This document shows, one piece after another, positions 8,092 to 15,379 of a stretch of DNA of 64,000 bases. The first letter of the stretch is position 1. Every line of letters starts with the position of its first letter. This stretch comes from an uncultured Chloroflexia bacterium (GTDB lineage Bacteria; Chloroflexota; Limnocylindria; Limnocylindrales; CSP1-4). The stretch spans positions 1,039,032 through 1,103,031 of the forward strand of contig CAVPYV010000001.1 of the NCBI GenBank assembly GCA_963710105.1. Reading direction: 5' to 3'. The notes under the pieces are model-generated. The model did not search any database. It had not been told where the DNA came from and worked only from the letters and a program-made list of their open reading frames with translations. Position numbers and translations under genes: made by a program.

Positions 8092-8862
8092 GTGCCGCTC
8101 GACTTCCTCAAGCGCCGCAACGCCGCAGACGCCGCCTCGGCCGCCCAGACGCCGGCGGCACCCGCGCCGGGCCACCATGCCGCGATCACCCTGCCCGAGG
8201 AGATCGTCGCGCAGGAGTACCAGCTCAAGCTGTACTACGCGGGCAAGTCGAGCGAGGGCGTCCGGATGCAGGCCGGCCCCAATGCGCTGAGCGAGCTCCC
8301 GTCGATGCTCCACGGCCTGGCCCGGACCGAGATCGAGGTCGTCGAGCCGCTGCCGATCGAGTTCAGCCAGGCGACCCCCGTCATCTCGCGCCCGTCCGAG
8401 GCGATGCAATGGCTGAACGCCCACCACGTCCACTCGCCGGTGACCCGCCACGCGCTCGTCGTCCTCGAGTCGATCGACGCGGTGGACCTGGCGTTCGACA
8501 CGTTCGTCTGCACGCTCCTCGACGGCGAGGTCGACACGAGCGGCTACCCCGAGTACTCCGCGGTGATCGGCGGGGTCGCCGCGCACTGGGACGAGGCGAC
8601 GGGGGACATGATCGTCCGGGCCGTGGTCGGCTGGGGCGGCAAGGGCGTCCGGGGCGACACCGACCGGATCGCCGCCAAGCTCCTCGCCGGCATCCTCACG
8701 AACGTCCTCGCCAACCAGTACGCGCTCGGCCTGACGGCCGTCGACCGCCCCGTCCCGGCGGCCGGCCGAGGCGGCCTCGTCTGCGCCCACTGCGGGTTCG
8801 CGTCCGCCCACGAGCGGGCGTTCTACTGCCCGAAGTGCGGCATGCGCCTGCTTCGCGGCTGA
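8092..8862 (+). CDS. Hypothetical protein with a C-terminal zinc ribbon (CAHCG-x11-YCPKCG)
   Basis: 256-aa ORF with near-saturated GC3 and balanced amino-acid composition (K, Y, I, F, W present). I recognise no family for the N-terminal ~220 aa. Confidence 0.7.
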   Translation: MPLDFLKRRNAADAASAAQTPAAPAPGHHAAITLPEEIVAQEYQLKLYYAGKSSEGVRMQAGPNALSELPSMLHGLARTEIEVVEPLPIEFSQATPVISRPSEAMQWLNAHHVHSPVTRHALVVLESIDAVDLAFDTFVCTLLDGEVDTSGYPEYSAVIGGVAAHWDEATGDMIVRAVVGWGGKGVRGDTDRIAAKLLAGILTNVLANQYALGLTAVDRPVPAAGRGGLVCAHCGFASAHERAFYCPKCGMRLLRG

Positions 8863-8884
8863 GCGGAGACCGCGGCCGACCCCG

Positions 8885-9286
8885 ATGCCGACCTACGACT
8901 ACGTCTGCGCGGCCTGCGGTCATCGATTCGAAGTGATCCACGGCGTTCACGCCGAGGGTCCCGTGACGTGCCCGTCATGCGGCGGCGGTCCGGTCCGCAA
9001 GGGGTTCTCGGCGCCGACGATCCATTTCAAGGGGACCGGCTGGGCGAAGAAGGACCGCAGCGCGACGTCCCGCTCGTCCTCGTCGTCGACCCCGTCCGAG
9101 ACGGCGGGCGCGGCGAGCTCCGGCGGCGATCACAAGGCGGGGTCCGACGCCGATCCGGCGACGAAGACCGGCGCGTCGTCGTCGGACGCGAAGCCGGCGA
9201 CCGCGGCCGGTGGCGCGGCGGACAAGCCGTCCTCGGGCGGGGGATCGTCCACGCCATCGACCGGCGGACCGGCGGCGGCCGACTGA
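8885..9286 (+). CDS. FmdB-family zinc-ribbon protein (CxxC_CxxC_SSSS type) with a Ser/Gly/Ala-rich tail
   Basis: The N-terminus MPTYDYVCAACGHRFEVIHGVHAEGPVTCPSCGGGPVRKGFSAP is the canonical FmdB pattern. It is followed by a low-complexity tail. Confidence 0.8.
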   Translation: MPTYDYVCAACGHRFEVIHGVHAEGPVTCPSCGGGPVRKGFSAPTIHFKGTGWAKKDRSATSRSSSSSTPSETAGAASSGGDHKAGSDADPATKTGASSSDAKPATAAGGAADKPSSGGGSSTPSTGGPAAAD

Positions 9287-9287
9287 C

Positions 9288-9527
9288 ATGCCCGCATCCG
9301 CCGACTGGATCAGCCTGGCCGAGGCGGTCGAGATCCTCGAGGCGGCCAACATCCGCTTCAAGGCGTCGACGGTCGGCAGCTGGGCGCGCAGCGGCAAGCT
9401 CCAGAGCATCAAGCTCGGCGGTCGGCGCTTCGTCCGGCGGGGCGAGGTGAAGGCCCTGCTCACGCCGCCCCGGCGGGTGCGGGCCAGCGACCTCCAGCCG
9501 GGCCTGTTCGAGGAGATCCGGGGCTGA
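9288..9527 (+). CDS. Small MerR/excisionase-family helix-turn-helix DNA-binding protein (BldC-like)
   Basis: The ATG at 9288 is 1 nt after the FmdB stop. The sequence WISLAEAVEILEAANIRFKASTVGSWARSGKLQSIKLGGRRFVRRGEVKALL matches the excisionase-type HTH pattern. As I remember it, it resembles Streptomyces BldC (AGKLTSIRTLGGHRRY...EVRALL). Confidence 0.7.
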   Translation: MPASADWISLAEAVEILEAANIRFKASTVGSWARSGKLQSIKLGGRRFVRRGEVKALLTPPRRVRASDLQPGLFEEIRG

Positions 9528-9565
9528 TCGACGTCGGGCGCGACCCGCGTCCGGCACGTCGCGCG

Positions 9566-10423
9566 GTGCTGCGCGACCGGATCGTCGGCGCGGTCGTTCG
9601 GGTCGCCGGGCGGGATCGGTTGGCCGTCGCCCGGCGCGTCCTCGATCGGTTCGGGGCGGCCGACGGGGGGCTCCTGGCGGCCGGCGTCGCCTACAACGCG
9701 GTGCTCGCCCTGATCCCGATCGGCCTGCTGGCCACGGCCCTCGCCGGCCTGCTCCTCAACGACCGGGCGAGCCGGGCCGACCTGATCGCGGCGATCGGGG
9801 CGTTCCTGCCGCCGCTGGCCGGGGTGATCGACGAAATCGTCGCCGGCCTGTCGAAGGCCTCGCCATCGCTGTCGATCCTCGGTCTGATCCTTGCCGGCTG
9901 GGGCACGTCGCGGCTCTTCGCGGCGCTCGAGTCGGCGATCGCCCAGATGGACGCGGGGGCGCCGCGCCGCAGCCTCGTCCGGCGGACGGCCAGGCGGCTG
10001 GGCTCGATCGTCGTGCTCGCCACGATCGTGCTGGCGGCGGTCGTCGCGGCCCCGACCCTCGCGATCGCCGTCGAGATGAGCGACGGCGGCCCGGCCCGGC
10101 CCGTCCTCGACGCCCTGCTCGCGATCCTCCCGCCGGTCCTCGCCGCGGCCGCCCTGGCGGCGGTCTTCCGGGTCGTCCCGCTGACCCGGCCGGACTGGCG
10201 GGCGATCGCCCCGCCGGCCGTCGTCGGCGCGGTCATGCTGGTGGCGCTGACGCGCATCTTCGTGTTCGTCGCGCCGCGGATCTTCGGAGCGAACCTCGTC
10301 TACGGGACGCTCGGGGCGCTGCTCGTCGGGCTGACCTGGCTCGACCTGGTCTTCACGATCGTGCTGCTCGGCGCGGCGTGGGTCCGGGAGCGGACATCCC
10401 CGGTGGAGGCGATCGTCGTCTAG
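9566..10423 (+). CDS. YihY/BrkB (virulence factor BrkB / RNase BN-like) family membrane protein
   Basis: 285-aa ORF with the motif GLLAAGVAYNAVLALIPIGLL and about 6 hydrophobic helices. Confidence 0.8.
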   Translation: MLRDRIVGAVVRVAGRDRLAVARRVLDRFGAADGGLLAAGVAYNAVLALIPIGLLATALAGLLLNDRASRADLIAAIGAFLPPLAGVIDEIVAGLSKASPSLSILGLILAGWGTSRLFAALESAIAQMDAGAPRRSLVRRTARRLGSIVVLATIVLAAVVAAPTLAIAVEMSDGGPARPVLDALLAILPPVLAAAALAAVFRVVPLTRPDWRAIAPPAVVGAVMLVALTRIFVFVAPRIFGANLVYGTLGALLVGLTWLDLVFTIVLLGAAWVRERTSPVEAIVV

Positions 10424-10549
10424 GGGCGGCGTCCACGTTCGCGTTCGAGCCGGGCGGGTGGCGCTCGGGATGGCGGGCCGGGGTGCGCCGCGACCGGCTC
10501 ACGGTGTGCGCGGGATCGGGCCGGCGAGTCCGTGCTGAGTGGCCGGCGC

Positions 10550-10569
10550 GGTCGGGCCACAGCCCGACC
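10550..10569. terminator. GC hairpin between convergent genes (8-bp stem GGTCGGGC/GCCCGACC, loop CACA)
   Basis: The inverted repeat is exact. It lies 18 nt beyond the stop at 10588-10590 (minus-strand gene) and 126 nt beyond the stop of the yihY-like gene. No U-tract. Confidence 0.35.
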
Positions 10570-10587
10570 CGGTCGCCCCCGGAGGGA

Positions 10588-12198
10588 TCAGCCCTGGCGG
10601 GTTCCGCAGCGCCGGCAGAACCGGGCCGTGGCCGACAGCGACAGGCCGCAGCTCGAGCACGGTTGGACGCCCGTCGTGGCGCCGGCCGCGGGCGCGGACG
10701 CCGGAGGGGCGAGGACTTCCTGCGCGGAAGCCGCCCACAGCGCGTCGCTCGGCGAGCGGTTGGCGCGGTTCGCGAGGAGGGCCATCGCGGGCGACTCGCC
10801 CTGGTCCGGACGGACGGGCCACTGCGGGACGCCGCCGGCGACGGGCTGGGTGGGGGCGGGGAGGCTGGGGACGTCGGCCGGTCCCGGCGCGGACGGCGTG
10901 GCGTCCGGCGCGAAGATCTGCCAGGTCGGCTGAAGGATTCGATCCTCTCGGGGCGGCTCCGCCGGAGCCGGCTGGGGCCAGGCGGGGGAAGGTTCCGGAG
11001 CCGGCGGCTCGGCCGGGGCGGCGGAGGCGGCGGCCGGCACGTCGGCAGGCGGCTCGACGACGACCGGCTCGACGGCGACGGGCTCCGGCGCTCCGGGTTC
11101 GGGCTCCGGCGCGACGGGCTCGGATGCCGCGACGACCTGCTCGGGCTCGGGCTCGGCGGCGATGGGCTGTGCGGCGGCCGCGATCGGCTCCGCGGCGACG
11201 GGCTCCGGCGCGGCTGCGATGGGCGCCGGCGCCTCCGAAGGTCCGGCCTCCGCGCCGGCACGATCCATCTCGGCCTCGTAGGCGGCCAGCTCGGCGTCGA
11301 TGTTCTGGCCGGGCCGGAAGCGCCGCAGGAGATCGGACGTGCGGGCGGCGCCGGCGTCGACCCGGCCCTCGATCGTGTCCGGCAGCGGCGTGACCGCCGG
11401 CGGCGGCACCGCGCCGGGAGGCACGGGGATGCCGGTGGTCGCGATCGCCTCGGGCCGGACCACGTCCTCGACGACGGGCGGCGGTTCCATGACATCGTCG
11501 GAGGCGACGATCCAGGGCGGCGCGGGCTCGACTTCGGCAGCCGGCGCGGCCTCGGCGGACGGGAAGGGCTCGGCCTGGCGGGCGGGCTGCTCCGGCTCGG
11601 GCTCGCGGGTCGGTGCCGGTGCCTCGCCGGACAGGAACGCGAGGCGGGCGGCCGGATCGAAGTCGGCGATCTCGGCGGCGTCGGCCGTGGCCCCGGCCCA
11701 CGGGTCGTCCGCGGCATGGTCGAGGCCGTTGCCGTTGCCGTTGCCGTTCGTCGCCCCGTTGCCGAGCGCGGCGCCGGTGACGGACAGATCGACCTCCGGC
11801 CAGGCCTCGGCCTCGATCCGCACCGGCTCGAGGCCGGCCGCGTCGGGGAAGGGCGCCGGGAGGATCTCGTGACCGAGGTGCGGCGCGCAGGTGAGGCAGT
11901 GGCCTTCGGACGCGTTCCAGCAGTTGCCGCAGGTGTACTGGCGGCACGTCATGCAGAAGTTGAACGTGGCGTGGAACGCGTCGAGCTGCTGGCTCGTGAG
12001 CTCCCGCTCGTCGTCGTTGCGGGCCGCGGCCATCGCCTCGTCGAGCGACGTGTCGTCGCTCATGACCCAGTTCTTCATCCCCTTCGAGAGGGTCTTGAAC
12101 TGGCCGAGGCGGCGGGCCTTGCGGGGCGCGGCCGATTCGAACGTGTAGCGCGTGCCGCAGCGCTCGCAGAAGGACTCGGTGAGGATCTCGGGCATCAT
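10588..12198 (-). CDS. Multi-zinc-finger protein with a ~400-aa Pro/Ala/Glu-rich low-complexity core (function unknown)
   Basis: This is track ORF 10588..12378 trimmed to the MMPEIL start at 12198. The N-terminus has four CxxC pairs (CERC, CMTC, CGNC, CLTC...H). The C-terminus has a zinc ribbon CSSCG-x11-CRRCG. Between them are PEP/PAP/EPVA repeats. Confidence 0.75.
   Translation of the reverse strand: MMPEILTESFCERCGTRYTFESAAPRKARRLGQFKTLSKGMKNWVMSDDTSLDEAMAAARNDDERELTSQQLDAFHATFNFCMTCRQYTCGNCWNASEGHCLTCAPHLGHEILPAPFPDAAGLEPVRIEAEAWPEVDLSVTGAALGNGATNGNGNGNGLDHAADDPWAGATADAAEIADFDPAARLAFLSGEAPAPTREPEPEQPARQAEPFPSAEAAPAAEVEPAPPWIVASDDVMEPPPVVEDVVRPEAIATTGIPVPPGAVPPPAVTPLPDTIEGRVDAGAARTSDLLRRFRPGQNIDAELAAYEAEMDRAGAEAGPSEAPAPIAAAPEPVAAEPIAAAAQPIAAEPEPEQVVAASEPVAPEPEPGAPEPVAVEPVVVEPPADVPAAASAAPAEPPAPEPSPAWPQPAPAEPPREDRILQPTWQIFAPDATPSAPGPADVPSLPAPTQPVAGGVPQWPVRPDQGESPAMALLANRANRSPSDALWAASAQEVLAPPASAPAAGATTGVQPCSSCGLSLSATARFCRRCGTRQG
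11074..11211 (-). repeat. In-frame coding repeat inside the Pro/Ala/Glu-rich region
   Basis: The 18-mer ggcgacgggctccggcgc occurs exactly at 11074-11091 and 11194-11211, which is 120 nt or 40 codons apart. The surrounding DNA is made of degenerate copies encoding (A/E)PEPVA-type units. Confidence 0.7.
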
Positions 12199-12252
12199 GC
12201 CCCCGGGTTCGCGAGGATCACGTCGGATGAACGGCCGACCGAACGGGGCGAG

Positions 12253-12258
12253 AGTATA
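12253..12258 (-). promoter_or_regulatory. -10 box TATACT for the zinc-finger gene
   Basis: The reverse complement of agtata (12253-12258) is TATACT. It lies 54 nt upstream of the ATG at 12198, in a locally AT-richer patch. Confidence 0.35.
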
Positions 12259-12418
12259 CCGCAGCCCGTTTCGGCCGCCCCCATCGCTCGTACGGGGTCG
12301 TTGGGACGATGGTCCCGGCGGCGCCGGGACGACTTCGCGGCGGCGTCGGCGCACCGCCGCCGCGGCATGAGATCGCAAGGTCCGGAGGCGCCGGGCGTCC
12401 GGGGCTCTCAGGCCCTCC

Positions 12419-12427
12419 TGCTAGACT
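12419..12427 (+). promoter_or_regulatory. Extended -10 TGcTAGACT, 11 nt before the fhaA ATG (very short or no leader)
   Basis: TGCTAGACT is at 12419-12427 and the ATG at 12439, with no SD between. The same 9-mer recurs at 41546-41554. Confidence 0.4.
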
Positions 12428-12438
12428 CCGCCCTCGAC

Positions 12439-13401
12439 ATGGGACCCCTTGCCGCCGTCGAGCGCTTCCTCGAACGGCTCTTCGAGCGCCAGTCGGCGCG
12501 GCTGTTCCGGACGGCAATCCGGCCCGTCCAGGTCCAGCGCCGGCTCGAGCGGGCGATGGAGGGGGGCCGCGTCCGCGACGGCGGTCGGACCGTCGTTCCC
12601 CACCGGTTCGTCATCCGCCTCCAGCCCGACGATCTGGCCGCGCTCAGGGTCTCCGCGCCGGACCTCGCCGCGACCCTCGCCGACGCGGCCCTCGCCTTCG
12701 CCCGCGGTCACGCGTACACGCTCCTCGACCGCCCGGTCGTCGTCCTGCGGCCGGATCGCACGATTGCCACGGGCGACATCGTCGTCGAGTCGGCCGACCC
12801 CCACGCCGAGCCCGCCCCACCCGAGACGGCCGACGACGGATCCGGTCGTGGCGGCGGCGCCCGGGGCGGCGGGCCATCGGCCGAGCCGCCGTCGGGGGCC
12901 GACGCCGTGGAGCCGCCGCCCGTCGCCGACGGGACGGCGGTCTTCGTCGTTCCCGGTTTCGACGGCCCGCGCGCGACGATCCGGGAGATCCGGGCCGACC
13001 GCTCCAGCCGGACGATCACGTTCGACGGCCGGCCGCTGACGATCGGACGGGCGCCCGACAACGCGATCGTGCTCCGCGACGGCCGCGCGTCGCGCCATCA
13101 CGCCCGGATCGACGGCCGCCGCGGCTCGCTCGTCCTGTCCGACCTCGGGAGCACGAACGGCTCGTTCGTCAACGACCGTCGGGTCGAGTCGATCGCCCTC
13201 GGCGAGGGCGACCGGATCCGCCTCGGGACCACCACCCTCCTCGTGGAGGCGATCGACGCCGCGTCCACCGATTTCGCCGTGGCGCGCGACGGCCCGTCGC
13301 TCGGCCACCCGTCTCGAGCGGCTTCCGCGAGCCCCCGCGGCGACGGCCCCCGCGGCGACGGCCCCGGCGACGACGGCCACGGCGACGCGGTCGCCGGCTG
13401 A
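12439..13401 (+). CDS. fhaA: FhaA-like protein (DUF3662 N-terminal domain + C-terminal FHA domain)
   Basis: The N-terminus MGPLAAVERFLERLFERQSARLFRTAIRPVQVQRRLERAM...VVPHRFVIRL matches the FhaA N-domain pattern. The C-terminus has FHA motifs (LTIGRAPDNAIVLRDGRASRHHARI...LSDLGSTNGSFVN). Confidence 0.85.
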   Translation: MGPLAAVERFLERLFERQSARLFRTAIRPVQVQRRLERAMEGGRVRDGGRTVVPHRFVIRLQPDDLAALRVSAPDLAATLADAALAFARGHAYTLLDRPVVVLRPDRTIATGDIVVESADPHAEPAPPETADDGSGRGGGARGGGPSAEPPSGADAVEPPPVADGTAVFVVPGFDGPRATIREIRADRSSRTITFDGRPLTIGRAPDNAIVLRDGRASRHHARIDGRRGSLVLSDLGSTNGSFVNDRRVESIALGEGDRIRLGTTTLLVEAIDAASTDFAVARDGPSLGHPSRAASASPRGDGPRGDGPGDDGHGDAVAG

Positions 13402-13853
13402 TGGATCCGTTCCTCCTGACCGTCTGGCTGGTCCGCCTCCTCTTCCTCGGGCTGCTCTACCTCTTCCTGTTCCGGATCGCCCGGGCCCTCGTCGGAGACC
13501 TCCGGGCGGCCGCCCGCGAGCCCGGCGCGGAGCTCGGCCGGCTCATCGTCGTCGCGTCGCCGGCCGGCGAGCCCGAGGAAGGGACGTCGCTCGCCCTTGA
13601 CGCGATCGCCACGATCGGCCGCGACGTGAACAACGCGATCGTCGTCGAGGATCAGTTCGTCTCCGCGGAGCACGCGATCCTGACCTTCCGCGGGCGAGCC
13701 TGGTATGTCGAGGACCTCGGCAGCACCAATGGGACCTTCGTGAACGGCGCGCCCGTCGAGGGCGTCGCCGCCCTCGGCTTCGGCGACGTGATCCAGGTCG
13801 GCCAGGTCCGCCTCCGGCTCGAGCGCCCCCGGGCTGCGCGGTCCGGCCGATGA
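13401..13853 (+). CDS. fhaB: FhaB/FipA-like membrane-anchored FHA-domain protein
   Basis: Its start overlaps the fhaA stop in an ATGA overlap. It has an N-terminal TM helix (LLTVWLVRLLFLGLLYLFLF) followed by an FHA domain (IGRDVNNAIVVEDQFVSAEHAIL...EDLGSTNGTFVNG). Confidence 0.8.
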   Translation: MDPFLLTVWLVRLLFLGLLYLFLFRIARALVGDLRAAAREPGAELGRLIVVASPAGEPEEGTSLALDAIATIGRDVNNAIVVEDQFVSAEHAILTFRGRAWYVEDLGSTNGTFVNGAPVEGVAALGFGDVIQVGQVRLRLERPRAARSGR

Positions 13854-15379
13854 CGGCCGCGGTCAGCGGCCTGCCGTCGATCCTCGGCCCGATCCGGCCG
13901 CGGCCGCGCGGCCGGGAGACGCGACTGCTGGCGATCGTCGCGGTCACGATCCTCGTGGGCAGCGTCTCCCTCGAGCTCGCCCGCCACGTCGCCGAACCGG
14001 GCGAATCGACCGGCCTCAGCCCGGCCAACCCGGTCCACCTGGCGGTCTATCTCGGGCTGATCGCGATCGCCCACGTCGTCCTGATCCTGTCGGGCCGGCG
14101 GGTGGACCAGATCCTGCTGCCGGCGACCGCGATGCTCGGCGGGATCAGCCTCCTCCTGATGGAGCGCCTGCCCCAGACGTCGGTGACCCAGACGGTCGGC
14201 CCGTGGAAGCTCGGCCTCGGCGACATCCAGCTCGCCTGGCTGATCCTGTCCTTCAGCCTCGCCACGATCCTCGCCGTCACCGTCCGCAGCGATCGCTGGC
14301 TGCGCCTCTACAAGTACACGTGGGCGGCGGCCGGCGTCGCGCTCCTCGTCGCGACCTACGTCTTCGGCGACGACATCAACGGCCAGCGCCTCAGCCTCAG
14401 CATCGGCCCGATCAGCGGGCAGCCGGCCGAGCTCCTGAAGGTCATCCTCGTCGTCTTCCTCGCCGGCTACCTGTCGGAGTACCGGCCGCTCCTCGTCGAG
14501 GAGTCGACCAGGGTCGGCCCGATCTCGCTGCCGCCGCTGCCGTTCCTCGCCCCGATGGTCGCGATGTGGGCGATCGCGCTCGGTCTGGTCGTCGTCCAGC
14601 GCGACCTCGGCGCCGCCCTCCTGTTCTTCACGGTGTTCCTGTTCCTCCTCTACGCCGCCACCGGTCGGGTCGGCTACGTCGTCGTCGGCGTGGCCCTGTT
14701 CCTCGCCGGCTCGTTCGTGATGTACCGCCTCGTCGGGACGGTCCAGACGCGCGTCGACATCTGGCTGGATCCGTTCAAGAGCCCGAGCGGCGACGGCTAC
14801 CAGATCGTCCAGTCGCTGTACGCGTTCGCCCGTGGCGGGCTCCTCGGGACCGGCCTCGGGGCGGGGCTGCCGACCGTCGGCGGCAACCTGCCGATCCCGG
14901 CCGTCCACACCGACTTCCCGCTCGCCGCGCTCGGCGAGGAGCTCGGCCTCGTCGGGGTGATGGCGATCCTCGGGCTGTTCCTCGTCGTCGTCGAGCGCGG
15001 CCTCCGCATCGCCGCGTCCGCCGCTGACGAGTTCCGGTCCCTCCTCGCGGCCGGGCTGGCCCTCGTGATCGGGACCCAGGCGCTGATCATCGCGGCCGGC
15101 AACCTGAAGCTCATCCCGCTGACCGGGATCACCCTGCCGTTCGTCAGCTATGGCGGCTCGTCGCTCCTCGTCAACGGGATCATCGTCGGGCTCCTCCTCG
15201 CCCTGTCCGATCACGGGGTCGAGCCGCCGCCGCCGCCGCGGCCGCGCAGCCGCTTCGCCCGCCTGACCGGCCGGGTGACGCGTCTCGAGACGCCCGCCGC
15301 GGCGCGCGCGCCGCTGCCGCCGGTCGGGGCTCGCGAGCGGCCCGTTCTCCCGGGGTCGGACCGCGAGGCCGATCGATGA
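13850..15379 (+). CDS. rodA: SEDS-family peptidoglycan glycosyltransferase (FtsW/RodA/SpoVE)
   Basis: 509-aa polytopic membrane ORF with ATGA overlaps at both ends. Motifs include SGQPAELLKV, GDGYQIVQSLYAFARGG, PAVHTDFPLAALGEELG and TLPFVSYGGSSLL. Confidence 0.85.
   Translation: MTAAVSGLPSILGPIRPRPRGRETRLLAIVAVTILVGSVSLELARHVAEPGESTGLSPANPVHLAVYLGLIAIAHVVLILSGRRVDQILLPATAMLGGISLLLMERLPQTSVTQTVGPWKLGLGDIQLAWLILSFSLATILAVTVRSDRWLRLYKYTWAAAGVALLVATYVFGDDINGQRLSLSIGPISGQPAELLKVILVVFLAGYLSEYRPLLVEESTRVGPISLPPLPFLAPMVAMWAIALGLVVVQRDLGAALLFFTVFLFLLYAATGRVGYVVVGVALFLAGSFVMYRLVGTVQTRVDIWLDPFKSPSGDGYQIVQSLYAFARGGLLGTGLGAGLPTVGGNLPIPAVHTDFPLAALGEELGLVGVMAILGLFLVVVERGLRIAASAADEFRSLLAAGLALVIGTQALIIAAGNLKLIPLTGITLPFVSYGGSSLLVNGIIVGLLLALSDHGVEPPPPPRPRSRFARLTGRVTRLETPAAARAPLPPVGARERPVLPGSDREADR

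Noticed and set aside
9288-9527. Excisionase-family HTH as a marker of a prophage or integrative element
   Set aside because: There is no integrase, recombinase, phage structural gene, flanking direct repeat or tRNA nearby. GC content and codon usage match the surroundings. The protein looks like the chromosomal BldC-type regulator class.
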